Shown: positions 34,721 through 47,991, counted from the whole stretch's first letter. The stretch is DNA of 63,997 nucleotides, filler included, from Asterionella formosa (GCA_002256025.1; 9 parts of 9 records of this genome joined end to end with filler, not necessarily neighbours in it), one strand, 5' to 3'. Program-made: numbers and translations. Notes: a model not told the origin generated them from the letters alone.

Positions 34721-35642
34721 AATGCAGACATAGTACATCAAAAAGTCTTTGATCATATGAAGGCTGTTATAGCAGCCAGCAGAATGTTTGCTTCGCTATT
34801 CCGATAATAGCAACCCCTTTCATATTTATACAGATGCCTCTGATTTTCAGATGGGAGCCGTAATTATGCAGGAAAATCACCCTTTTGCTTATTTTTCGCG
34901 CAAATTGAATCCTGTGCAGTGGGAATTCACGATTTTACTATGATGATACCAGATAAAAAGGTACTAGAAAAAAATTCGTGGTTTCACAAGAAATTGAATC
35001 ATGCTGGACGGGATAATGTGATTTCAACAATGTCGAGAATTTTATATCATCCTCAGCTGTGCAAAAAGATTGAAAACTATGTGCAAAGCTGCAAAACATG
35101 TCAAAAACATAAACGGATGGGTCGTGGATCTGGACATCTAGCTCCAAGAGAAGCACTAGTTGCACCTAGGTATGAAGTGGCGATCGACACAATTGGACCT
35201 TGGGACATTGAATTGGCGAACAGTGAGATGCGAAAATTTTATTCATTAACAATGATTGATATAGTCACTAATTTAGTGGAAATGCAACAAGTGGGTACAA
35301 CAAGTGCAAGAAATGCAGCAAAAGCATTTGAAATGAATTGGTTATTTAAGTATCCTAGACCACCAATAGTAATTCATTATCAAGGAACAACAGAATTCAT
35401 GGGAGAAAATTTCCCAGTAGTACTTGTACATCAATGGGGCGCCCATAAGGAAAGCATCAATTAGTTTTGCTCAAAATGAAGAAAAAGTGATTGATTACGC
35501 CTTACGTATAGCAGGAATATACACTACGGAGTACAGTGAGGAAAACAACAGGAGTTTCATAAGAAGCATTTTTTTCATCGTGATATGCTTATGAATTTAG
35601 TTACCTATTATTGCAGATTTACTATTATTGAAGAATAAACGA
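34720..35642 (+). mobile_element. Ty3/Gypsy pol fragment (RT/RNase H start joined to integrase)
   Basis: HQKVFDHMK...FHIYTDASDFQMGAVIMQ...AYFSRKLN; integrase HAG...CKTCQK and EVAIDTIGPW...LTMIDIVTNLVE. Confidence 0.9.
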
Positions 35643-36183
35643 NNNNNNNNNNNNNNNNNNNNNNNNNNNNNNNNNNNNNNNNNNNNTTAATTAATTAANN
35701 NNNNNNNNNNNNNNNNNNNNNNNNNNNNNNNNNNNNNNNNNNACAATCCGTTTCCACATATTTTGGACAAATACTTCATAGAGATACGATGGTAATAATA
35801 TGGCTATAAGATGAACAAATACACAATATAGGATGTAGCTAAGGTAAATCGATGATGGTCTTGTAAATACAATCAGTAATTCATGGTTATGAGAGGAGCA
35901 ATTGAAGTTCAAAGAGAAGTAGTGATTTCGACTTGAGTTGTTGTTACTCGATTACTGTATTTGTATGATTACTTTGTGGTTACCGTTATGAGTCAATATG
36001 GATTAATATTAGAACAATATGATCAAACATTGTAAGTATAAATATGCTTATCAAAAATTCATATATAAAGTACTATGTATCTGTAACATCAAATAACAAA
36101 ATGCGTATCATGCACAGAAAAATTCTGCGCCAGTTATATCATGATACTCCTGATCTTTTATGTACAATACTTTTTGTTTGCAG

Positions 36184-37460
36184 ACGAGAGGATGTCGGAT
36201 ACTGCGAGACGATGTTTGGGCAAAGAGTGAGTTCGAGAAAGTTGTGACAGGTCTCATTGGAACTCACAGCCTCCGCAAATATCCGTCGACGCATGCACAA
36301 AGAAATTGATGCTCCAGGGATGATATTGACTTCCATGCTGGGCGCTGGAAAAGACATACAAGGCAACTGGATATATACATAGATATAGAGCTCCCCTACC
36401 CTGATGCCAAGGTATTCGCAGCACTTTGCATTGGTGGAGCATGCAAATATGTCATAAAGGAATCAAACGGAGTGTCAGACAGCTGGCTTTTAAAGTATGT
36501 GGTCCCAAATATTTGCACTGAGTATGCACATGACATTGCACTGGTGGTGGCACCTCCACTTTTGTGGGCAGTGTTTGAGCCTACACTGCAGGGATACCTG
36601 CCTCAATCACTAATGCGTAGGATTAAAGCTGCATATGAAATCATATGCCCTCCTGAGCAGAACATCGATAGCAATAATACAGTTGAGCGGCAACTGCTTC
36701 TTGTTAATGGTTCAGAGGCGCAGGTGCACATTGCTTGATGAGGTCAGAGCTAATGTGGAGGCTACAGTGACGCTAGTGTGGCTGCTGGTGGAACAACAAA
36801 AACAACGACCACAGGTGAAGGAGGAGGTGGACAACAAGCTTGAGCTGCCGGGCATAGTCGAAACGAGATCCTTGGGCTGTACTCCTAGCAGAGGGAGACA
36901 CAGCATGGGATGATACAGTTACAGACACAAGTGGGATACAACCAGGTTACAATTATGAAAGAGATTAAAAAAAGCAAACTAGCTACCCTTTCAAGAAGAA
37001 TGTCAAGGATGCCATCACAAAGATTAGCAGCAGGTAACCAAACTTTGGCAGCTGCAAGCACTGCAAATGTGGTATGCAATGCAAGCAATAATGAACAAGT
37101 TGATGCTACAGCAGATCTAGACATGATGGAGTTGGTAGCAATTATGCCAATAGCCTTTCCAAGGCACCAAAGACACAAACTGTTTGTTCTTTGGCAGGAA
37201 TTCGAAGTTGGAATTGGGGGATGAAAGGCAGCTAGAATATTTACAAGGTTTGAGAGGGGAAGAGTCAAGGTGCAGCATTGTCAGCACTGGGTTGTGTGGG
37301 ATACCGTGGCTGCCTTAGTTTGAGCTGGATTCACTGCTCATTCTGCAATTGACAAAATATATGAGGCTATGCTGGTCAAGATAAAACAGTAACACACATT
37401 GTCAATCAAATGATGTGAGATCGTTGTACTGGTGCTAGTCATCTACAGCAGCTTCAAATT
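36184..37460 (+). mobile_element. Decayed CryptonS-like tyrosine recombinase transposon
   Basis: Manual translation: GTHSLRKYPST...DDIDFHAGRWK...DIYIDIELPYPDAKV..LCIGGACKY...LLWAVF; C-terminus LWQEFEVGIGG*KAARIFT..ERG..K...VWD. Confidence 0.85.
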
Positions 37461-38216
37461 TAAATAATTACATTTACTAGCATGCATGATTTTTTACAAT
37501 AGCTAATTGCTTGTGTTCGCTTCATTTCTGGCATGTTGAAAGTATAGAATGGAAATACCGGTACCCAAAAAATGCGATAGAGTCGTGTTCCCAATACCAG
37601 GTAGCTGGTATCTACCAGGAGGGAACCTGTGGGACATCTGGAAAACGTGCTTATAACCGTTTAGCGGTAATAATTTTGGAGGGTTAAATACTTTTACCTA
37701 ATTATACAGAACTAAATATATATTTTGAGAGCGCGTCGTGCATGGGCTGGCACGCTTCCGTGGAGGCTTGGCTTATGCTCGTTTCCCTTGCTGCTTCAGT
37801 TAAAAGTGAATAAGCATTTAAGCAAGATTGACGTTTGCTGGTCAAGTCTAAGCAAGATTGATGTTCGATGCTGAAGTTGAATATAGATGTCAGTTTCCTG
37901 CTTAAGTTACAGTTTCCTTGGTGGGAAGACCGGCGTGCATGCATTTTACCCCGCCGGCCCATCCAAAAGGACGTTAACGTATAACGCCTTTAGTTGCTGC
38001 TACGAATTTTGAAACGTGTATCAAAAACTCACTCTTTCATGGGTACATGCACGTTTTCCGTATGTCCCTGGTACCAGGTACCCCGGAGTAGCTATTGCAA
38101 TCTTTTTCTATACCGGTGCAGCTTCGCTCGATCCACCTCACATCAACTTTCTTATTTTTCCTCCGAATCCTCGCATCAATTACTGTCAACCATTTGTTTC
38201 TACAATCGTCGTCAGT

Positions 38217-38753
38217 ATGTTCGCTCGACAAGCACATGTGGTACGCCTTACAGCTATTCCTCGTCGACGTTGGGAATCATCTTCACGACCGACTGCAGCG
38301 TCTCACAGTAAGGCGCAACCTACACTCAAGGAACGTCTGTGTGAGCATTGGAACAGTGGCAGCATTTTGATATACTCCAGCTGGATTCTATTGCTACCCT
38401 TTGGATTTGAATACTTTCTTTCGTCACGTTCGAATCGAGAAGAAAGAGGTTTAGCGGAAGAGTTTCAGCGAATGAACACGGACATGGTTGGGCTATGGAA
38501 CGAGGAAAAACGACAATTACTAAAAGCCAAGCCTTTGTTTGAATGTGTCATTCGAATGGAATCCAAGTTGGACGGGTATAAGTTGTTCCAAGGAGCGATT
38601 GGCGATGTGGTAGAAGTCTTAAAAGAGGAGACTGGGCCGGGAAGTTTGTACAATATGGTTCGAGGGACAGGGGCGAAGAGTTCGTTGGTGGGCTGGTATG
38701 CCACGAAGTATCTAGAAAAAATAGAACGAAAGAAGAAGGGTTGGTTGTGGTAA
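38217..38753 (+). CDS. Small single-TM protein with a C-terminal SH3-like domain, possibly mitochondrial
   Basis: Arg-rich N-terminus without acidic residues over its first ~19 aa; TM ILIYSSWILLLPFGF; GDVVEVLKE...GWYATKYLEKI. First in-frame ATG at 38217. Confidence 0.65.
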   Translation: MFARQAHVVRLTAIPRRRWESSSRPTAASHSKAQPTLKERLCEHWNSGSILIYSSWILLLPFGFEYFLSSRSNREERGLAEEFQRMNTDMVGLWNEEKRQLLKAKPLFECVIRMESKLDGYKLFQGAIGDVVEVLKEETGPGSLYNMVRGTGAKSSLVGWYATKYLEKIERKKKGWLW

Positions 38754-39355
38754 TATAAATTGAAATGTAACACCAAATTTAATCTTCAACTTTCTACCGA
38801 CTGTGGCTACTAGGGCGACAAGGAAGAGAGTGTACTTGTTTATCTCCAACAGTTTAGAGAGAGGAGTTGCATTATGGTTTTGCTGTGTTAGGACAAGCAA
38901 ATCTAAAAAATGTCCCTCTATCAATCATTTTTATTCATTATTGTGGGTAATTATCATTGAGACTATTGTATTGTATAACTCTGTAAGCAACCGTACATGT
39001 CTGATGAAACGGAGGATAGCCCGCATCCAAATGCCGGGAGACAGAAGGTATTGCCTGTATTCCTTCTGTCCAACCAATAGTCTAGTCCATGATGTATGTG
39101 CATGATGCATGTGAAGACATGTTGCTCTATTCACTAGATTTATAGACAACCAGGTAGTCTAGAAGCAACTTTAACAATTAGGCCTCCTGACAAATTTTGG
39201 ATTATGACCTTCCGCTCCTATAATGCTCGCCCTGCTCAACTTGTTCGATCATGTTTTATTTTGCTTTCTCATTTATGAAGATATGTAATTTAAAAAATGA
39301 TGTTCTGCTACAAAGTATGTTATGAATGGGGCAAATCTTGTGGATCTTTTGCAGA

Positions 39356-40348
39356 ATGTTCTGGATGAATAGTGAGATATATTTCTTGGTTTTGCAACTT
39401 TTCAACCATTTCTACTTCAGAAGTGATGTCTCCCACATTTCTGCCGGTAATTTCATTCATTGCATGAACTCATTCATCAAATGAATGAGAATCACTGAGT
39501 TCTTCGTCATTATCAGACATGTCAGGAGAACGAGCAAAATACGACACTGGATGGAACTGTGACTCTGTAGGAATAGAGTCTTCATCTATGAAGAACAACT
39601 GTTTGGGTTTCCTCTTCAGCAATCTTTCCTTCTTTTCATTCTCTGCCACTATTGAATCGCTTGGCAGACTTCATTATTTTTTCAGGAGTATTATGAATCT
39701 GTTCAAATTCATCTGATCTTTGAGTGTATTCAAAGGAATCTTCGATTGATTTCATAGGTTTCTTCTTATTCTTTTCCAAAAGTCGTGTAGTGTGAATGAC
39801 AGAAGCAAGTCACATTTCTAGTTTGACTGATCCTTTGCATGAAATCCATGAAATGCCATTTGGAAAGTTGTCAAAGGGCCAGAAGACTATGATGTCAAAC
39901 AGTGGAAGGGAAACATGGAGCTTTTTGCGCCGTTTGTGGTGGTGCAACTGGTGTGATGGTAACCGAGTGTAGTAATTGTTGAACAGAGCACAGTGTAATA
40001 TGCATGTTCCGCCAGCATAGTGTTTACACAATACAAATATAATAACAAGGAAAAACGACATGACAATGAATGTGATGGCTGGTTGTGGAGCATACCAGTT
40101 TGTGATATGCATCAATCCATATCACAAATCATATAATGGTGATGTACATGTCAACGCATCCGTATACTTAGATCCTCTTCACTATATAATACTGTCATAA
40201 TAACTATTTTTTTACTGTGCACATTAAAAGTTGAATATATATATTAACTAATATACTTCATGATTGATTGGTCTTTCTTCTAGTATTTATTGATAACACT
40301 TGCATACATATTTAATCGTATTTTATTGTCATTGTATTATTTTAGCAT
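39356..40348 (-). mobile_element. Second copy of the 5' part of the Ulp1-like element (matches 11263-12291)
   Basis: Reverse-complement nucleotide match; ORFs 11502 and 39810 translate to nearly identical peptides. Confidence 0.9.
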
Positions 40349-41141
40349 AATCATATTTTGATTAAAAATATATCAGAAACATTTTATTAAATCATCATAG
40401 TTCTATGATCAATGTATCATAGCTATGTGATATACTTTATTCAATATTACGTATCATATTTTGGTGATGTATGCATCGATGTATCCTTATCGTGATATCA
40501 CATTATCATCTTATCAATCATTCAATGTTGATTGGGAACTGTATTCTGCATGGTACTACGGAGTATGATATTATAACACGCACTGTAGCAGCTAAGTCAC
40601 TCCTGTAATGCACACAAGTCGACAGTGTACATACAAACACGCTAAGCAGGTTTGAGGCAACTGACAGTGGTTCCAACGAGCAAATGACGATACCACGGAT
40701 ACCAATTTTTCCACCGGCAAACCACAATGATGAAGGACACTTGTCCCTATATTGATGATGACACAGACACTGCCCGGCATTTGGTCAGGCCACTTGTCGC
40801 TCTATTGATGGTAACAAAGACGCAGACAAGTTCAACAGTGAATACAAGTGCAACATACCAATGAAAATAAATCTACAGTGTGTACGCACACGCTAAGCAG
40901 GTTTGATGCAATGGACAGTTCCAACAAGCAAATGATGATACAGATATCAAATGTTTCCTATGGCAAACCACAATGATAATAATGAAGGACAATCGTCCCT
41001 CTATTGTTGATGATATGGATACCGTTCGGATTTTCCATGAGCAACAACAATGAAGAGAGCCACTTGCTGTTGCTCTCTTGGTGGTAACAAAGATGCGGAC
41101 AATTTCAACAGTGAATGCAAGTACAGCATGCCAAATGCAGG

Positions 41142-41828
41142 CACTTCTTCGCTTTTGTCTGATATATCTTCCATCCCAGTGGTTTTCAAAGCACTGGGTC
41201 GGGATGTTAACAAGTTTTGTCTCAACATGGAGGAGCATGGTTAATTGAAGTTAATATATATATTTTTTTCTCCTCTACATCAACACAAACATTCCTTGCT
41301 TGGCAGTGTATCAATGTGGGTACCAGTACATTGCTAGTAAATAAATTGATTATGGTCGTAGCATGCCACACTATTTTTTTGCTACTGTTTTATGTCGCTG
41401 CATGTGTGGAAAATGATTTGTAGCATTTCCACGGAATTTACCCACAATGACAAATCTCAGCATGGGTACCGGTATCGAAACCCATAACAGGACATCCTTT
41501 ATGCTGTTCGAACATAACTACAGCCATGGCGGCTGATGGAGTCGCTTTGTACAAAAACGAACGTCATAGACCAGTGTCGTTATTCGAATCGAATACGGGT
41601 AGTACTGCGTAAAAACGGCATGTGCTCAAATTTTCGGCTAGTTTGAGCGGCGTTGCGGCGAACTCCATCTTGAGAAGAAACTTGTTTACATCCTGACCTG
41701 GTGGTTTGAAAACCACTGGAATGGAAGATATCTCAGACGAAAGCAAAGAAGTGCATGACGAAGACAACAGTCACAGTCACATAAATCCCGACCTGGTGGT
41801 GGTTTGAAAACCACTGGGATGGAAGATA
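41142..41828. repeat. ~90-bp inverted repeat pair (41142-41231 / 41663-41753) plus a partial third copy (41785-41828)
   Basis: gcacttctt.gcttt.gtctga.atatcttccat.ccagtggttttcaaa...caa.atggag on opposite strands. Confidence 0.8.
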
Positions 41829-41932
41829 GGATATAAGTAAATTTGTAAGTACGCGTTATAGAGGCTCGACTAAGGTGGAGATTTTTGGGTCGCACTGGGG
41901 CATGGGGCGCCCTAGTAGTCGAAAATAATGGA

Positions 41933-42774
41933 TTAGACAGGAGAATCTGGCCTACATAGGAGAACTTGACGGATCAAGAATTGACGGATTGTCCCTTGAC
42001 GGCATTTGTCTTGTCGGATTTTAGATGCGAGGCGGAGTTGACCGGCTCGATAAATGGCTAACCATGGTGCTGTTATGGCAGAGAGGGAGTGAGTCAATCT
42101 GAGTGAAAGAGGCAGGCCAAATAGATGGCCGTGTTCGTCGGATGGGACAAGAGATTGATTTTGGTAAGCTGTAGTAAGCTGGGTATGAATTAGATGAACT
42201 TGTAGTTGTTTTTGGGCAGATAAAGTGGCGCCATGAACAGCATCGTTGCGGTGATTACACTGTTCCATTGCATAGGCTCGGAGGGAATTTATGAGTTGGC
42301 CTAGCCAATAGGAGGAGTTATAAGACTTGCCGGGAAATTTGATGGCGTGGTAGGTGGCCATACCAATGCCCCAGGAGAGAGATAAATGGCCTCATGTGAG
42401 GTGATTCCAGCCCAGTGCAGTTTGTTGTGCGTAGGCTTGGTGAGTTGTCCATTGGAGAGCGTCTGTAGGGAGAGGTGAGGGGAATGGTCATGTGGGGGTA
42501 GGGTCACCGTTCTCCCAGCAAGTAAGTCCGTGGCTTAGAGCAATTAAAATGTGAGAAGGTGTCTTTAGTTTGGTTTGAGATGAGAGGCAACAGTGTTCCC
42601 AGGAAGTAAGTCCGTGGCTTAGAGCAATTAAAATGTGAGAAGGTGTTTTTAGTTTGGTTTGAGATGAGAGGCAACAGTGTGCCATTTGGCGGAGCGAAAG
42701 GGGCTGGCAGTGGAGCAGCACAGCGCATGGTCATTGTATTTGGAAAGGGTGGAGCAGCGAAGACAGAGTGGGGT
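41933..42774 (-). mobile_element. 3' end of a non-LTR (LINE, Ambal/L1-like) retrotransposon ORF, decayed
   Basis: QQTALGWNH..GHLS.SW...YWLGQLINSL...HRNDAVHG C-terminal motif; 84-bp internal tandem duplication (42513/42597). Confidence 0.7.
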
Positions 42775-44779
42775 NNNNNNNNNNNNNNNNNNNNNNNNNN
42801 NNNNNNNNNNNNNNNNNNTTAATTAATTAANNNNNNNNNNNNNNNNNNNNNNNNNNNNNNNNNNNNNNNNNNNNTCCACCTTCTATTGTTTCAACAAACA
42901 ATATGTGAGTTCTTGGCTGATGTAGGATTTGTTAATGGTGAGGCGCTGAAAAGCTAGAAGGGGATGCTGCTTTTAAGGGTCGTCCCCATGTTGAAAACAT
43001 AGATTGTGCACAGTGGTGGTTAAATGTTGTCTTTATGAATTCAGAGGCAGGGTCAAAAATCCTGGCGTAGCCATGACTTCATCTTTGTACCAACAGAACC
43101 TACAATCTACATGAAAAAACCTGGCGCAGTCTTACTTCGTCGGGAAAAATTTTGATGCTACAAGTGTGAGCTTAAACAAATATCGGTATGACAAGAACAA
43201 GGAGAGGACACAGCCAGTGGTTACTCTTAATATATTCACAGTACGAACGCCATATTCTATTGTAATAAGGGGAATACGGGAAGCAATGTTGGTAGTGCAA
43301 ACCTACAGTTCCACAGTATGAACGTAGAAATGAGTACAGTTTCTCAGTACGAACGAAATAATTCCTATTGTAACAAGAAGGGAAAGACGGAAATACTGGT
43401 AGGGCAAACCTACAGTCTCACACTTGTAACGATAACCTGGTACCTACCAGCCAGGAGTACCTGGTGGTACCATACAGTATAGCTATTTGTTAGTATGTCT
43501 GAGTGCAACCTCAAAAGACCCAAGGTACCGGTACAAGGTACCAGGTAACAGGTACTCCCCTGGTACTAGCCCTGGTAGTATGTATCATAGTAGCCCTGAG
43601 TAGGCCTTGTATACCGGTACCTGGTCCCAGGTACCATACCTACTATTCATTAGCTGAGGTCAACACACTCAGCATCACGATGCCATTCCAGACATATTCA
43701 CAATACACCAGGTATGTTATCCATATATTTTGTATCTTCAGAATTCATACGAAAAATAGTTTATTTAAAAGAATAAGAGAATTCATATTGGATGCTGACA
43801 ATATCGATGGTAAGAATGATTGTTGATATGCTTCATGCACCCACTTGCCGACAACCACATCGCTTCGATTTTCTCCATCAATTCATGCCCAATAGCACTC
43901 CGAAGATTTGCAGTCGATAACACACACTAATTCGAATAGATATTTAGTTTAGCATTTCAAATTCAATATTAAATGTTTCGTTCCGTACCTGTTTTGTCCT
44001 CATTAGGGTTGGTTGTTGCTTGCATCCTCACGAATCATGTCGCGATATTTCTCGAGATCCATTTCGTTACGTTTTTCTCAATCAATTCAGGGCAGATTGC
44101 AATCAAAAAATTTGTAGTGAAGTCGTCTTTCGCAATGATTTATCCTCTAAAAAATTTATCTTGAACTTTTAAAATGTTTTGTTGTAAAAATCAACTAGTC
44201 CTGCCTTGGAAATAACTGTATGATTGTGAACCAGCCAGCCATCACATGAAACCACAATAAGTAATCTTGTTCAGCAAAACAGTAAATATTATTTACGTGA
44301 AGTGCACAACCATAAACTGTACCTGGTAGCATGCATTAAGACACCACAAATATCCTTACTATTTCACAAAGGAAGATGCATGTTGTAAATAAATTAGCCA
44401 TGAGAGCAGGGGCTTAGTTGAAAAACTTTGAAATGAATTATTTGAAACATCAACTAATTCAGTCTCGAGTTCAAAGTTTTTGTGAAATCTTCACATGAAA
44501 CCGTTAAAAGTAACCTTTTCTCCGGGAAGAGTGGCATTAATTCATGTGAAGTACCACATAATTAACACTCCTACATAGAACAAATTTCGAAAAGTGGCAT
44601 ATTTCGCGGCTTAGATGTGGTGAATTGAATATTATGATCAATAGTTTGTAAGTTAGGAGCAAAGAAACCAAGTTAGCACAATACCTGTTGATGCTACTAC
44701 TTGCCCATCAGTGTTGAGCAATCTATTCTCTTCAGCAGCAATTCATGCTTGAAGTCGAACACATTAATTGCTCGAGAGA

Positions 44780-44935
44780 GGAATTAAGGACGAGAGTAGT
44801 ATTAGAAGTTGCTGATACACTGTGTAATTTGGGTTGACTGTATTTGGGGAAAATGAGTCTCCAACCAGGATTTCCTAAGCATGGAAATGATGCAGAACAT
44901 GTATTTGCCGAGGCACTTGAAATTTTTACACCACT
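44780..44935 (+). pseudogene. TPR-like fragment
   Basis: LEVADTLCNLG*LYLG...AEHVFAEALEIF, with an in-frame stop. Confidence 0.35.
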
Positions 44936-46633
44936 GTCTTGGGACCGACTCATCCACTCATGATACAAATTCAGCAACTACTGGAAACTGTCTTCACCCG
45001 GACCAGAAATTTCTTTGACTGGATCGCCTTTTTCCAAGTCAAGCCGATCCATGAAGAAATTCCCACCAGGCCCTGAAATACCACTATTTGACTTGAAAAA
45101 CAGACTGACTTGTTGCTTGTCACCTATTCCTAGTTCGTCTCTACGGTCGATTGAAAGTTCTCGAAGAAAATCATTAGTACTAACGCCAATACCTGAATTG
45201 GACACTCGTACGACAACACCTTCCAATCGGGCCCTTAATGACACAAATTTGTCAGAATTTCGCCCTTGAATGCAGCTGCAATGTCTCCTGACGTCGTAGT
45301 TCCAGATTTACAACATTCACCACTTGCCAGTCGTGCATTGATTCTTAGCCCTTGTGATCCACCAGCTCCAAGATTGCTTTTTTTGTTAATACCACCAGAC
45401 AGATCCCAAATGGAGTTGTGGTTGCACTGAATCGACTTGCGGCAGCGTCGACTCCAGCCAGTCGAGTCACCTTGATCAATCAGTTGATAAATCCCAGCAG
45501 CACCACACTCAACATTGATCCCAGATCTCATTTGTTGATGACACCAGGCTGCAACTTGTTCATGAATACTTTGCCTGGCATAGAAGCATCAACAATGAAT
45601 TGCAAGTCGTTCCTTATTTGTAGAGCAAGGAAAAGATATACCATAGTCTAGTATACATTGAACTAATTGTAGAATTTTATCCAAAAGCTCCAAATATCAT
45701 TGGCTGACACCTGCCTTGTATCTTGCTCTGACCCAAGCTTGTTGCAGTATCATATGAGGGATGGATCCTGTGAAATAATGGTCATTGGCTCTCACATAAA
45801 ATGTGGTCATTATTCTTCATTTTGGTGGCTTGGACACAAACATTGAATCCTCCAATAGAACCACCATCTGGCTAAGTCAATGCTGAAGATGAGTGTAGTC
45901 CACGCCTGCTGGTTACTTGGTATCCTCTTGGTGTGGTCCGACAAATACAATGTGATCCATTCGTGCATCCACAACTGTTTCTATTGTTTGCTGGCTCAAA
46001 CAATGGATTTATCATGGGCCTAATGACGGTTGGGGATATGATATAAGGGCCACAGCTTGGAAATCGATGGGTCGTCGCCATGCTGTTGAGGTTGTAAGGC
46101 TATATCAAAAACAGGGGGACGAAATATCTTTTTCCTAAAATTATTGTCATTCATATGTATCCTTGTTCACTTCGGTCGTGCATTAAGTTTGCTTTATGCA
46201 TATTGCTTCATTTTTTTCGTATGCATGAATATCCATCCATCATTCAAAAAACTGTGATCTGTTGCATGTAAGAAGATTCAGTTGACACATGAGAACAGGA
46301 ATCTCTGTCTAAAGTGTTTCTGCAACCTGGTAGGTACCATTACTGATACCTGGTACCTTCTTCGCTGATAAATAATACCGCATTCTGTACATCTAAATAA
46401 TATGTAGCAGGTACATGAATATGCATAAAAGATATAGTTACAGTACCTGGTACATGCATGCAACTTTCCGAACAAAGATTCACACCAACGAATCACGACT
46501 TAAGATCATGTTCTGACAAAATGGTTCGGACATTTGATTCGAACAAATTCTTATCTGTCATCATTTGCTCACAAAATTTCGCCCTTGTTTGGCAAGTAAT
46601 AGTCGATAACTCATTCCGTTTATAATCATAATC

Positions 46634-47263
46634 ATGCCAAGCTTGATCATTGTGAAGATCGGGAATTATATTGATCGCTCGATACCTGCCGTACTTCAGG
46701 GTCAAATGACAGCGAAATTTTGGACCGACTTTTGCAACAAGTATGATTTGATTGTGAAACAGTTGGAAGAGTTCGCTTTAAAATGTTTTGTAAGCGCATT
46801 AGTAGGCGTTCTTTTGTCGATTGTCGTTCTGACCATTCCTGTGATTCGATCCTCTGACTCCTATCCAATTGATATACTCGTCATTGGACTTGTCTTATTC
46901 TTCTCGTCAATGGCATTGTCCGCTTGGTTTCACACCATCCAGACGGAGAGTATCTATAAGGATGTCCAGAAACTTTGCGAGGATTCGTCGAAGAATCAGA
47001 CTTCTTTGACTTTTCAACTCCAGTGCTCCCTGGCACGGGGCACAGATGGTGATGTCGTAAAAGTTCGTTACATTGAAGTGTGCTTCACAGAAGGAACTGC
47101 ATCTGCAGAAGAAATTGTCTATGAAACGTCATCTAAAGCAGTAGCCCATTATGGTGACTTATTGACTGCAACTGAACGATTTGAAGAACTGGAAAATCTC
47201 AAACCCTTTCTCACTGACCAGGAGTATAACCAAAAACGAGAAGATATTATTGCGGCCGTCTAG
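46634..47263 (+). CDS. Two-TM membrane protein with a C-terminal SHOCT-like domain
   Basis: Two hydrophobic helices; ERFEELENLKPFLTDQEYNQKREDII. Confidence 0.75.
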   Translation: MPSLIIVKIGNYIDRSIPAVLQGQMTAKFWTDFCNKYDLIVKQLEEFALKCFVSALVGVLLSIVVLTIPVIRSSDSYPIDILVIGLVLFFSSMALSAWFHTIQTESIYKDVQKLCEDSSKNQTSLTFQLQCSLARGTDGDVVKVRYIEVCFTEGTASAEEIVYETSSKAVAHYGDLLTATERFEELENLKPFLTDQEYNQKREDIIAAV

Positions 47264-47991
47264 GCTGAATTGAAAATACATTAATAGCAGTCTGATTTGG
47301 CCCCGCCGTTGTTAGAGGTGCAAACGTGTAGATTTTGCATGGCAATGCTAAATCACCGTATATATTCTGGATTTATATACATATAATATGTCATATTTAC
47401 CTACTGGTATACTATATAATTAATATAATAATGTAGACTACTCCTATAATCAGCATGAGGTAATACTGCTGTACGTCAGTCAAGCCCCAGAATTGCAATG
47501 ATAACCGGTATACTGGTTGTTCCTTTGCATTTTGCATGTCCGTAAGCAAAATGTATCACTAGATGTGGTCCAGATCTAAGTAGAGCAATATCTTTTGCAG
47601 TGACATTCATGGATAGTATCTATAAAAAAGATTGCCTTTGCTCTATTGATGCAAAGGATGAAAACTTACTTTTCTTTCAATACCAATCTTTGATGGATTA
47701 CTGACGGGCACAATGCATTTGCAAGTATATCACACTCTCTCGAAGATACAGCTTGACAACAGTATCCCTGTCCCCAGTATTTTTCGTCCTCGTCTTCTAT
47801 ATGCTGTAGACATTTAGATTATATGAATGTACATCAGGTACAAATCAGGATAGAATAAGAATAAAAGTGCCAAGCAAATGTCGTTAACTAAAGTCCTCCC
47901 CTCTTTGCAATACCCGTTCAAATCATCTTGTATGTAAAGGCCCGTCCCATTTTCGCCTAGTTGCAAAGCTATATCGGAATACAAGCCTCCA

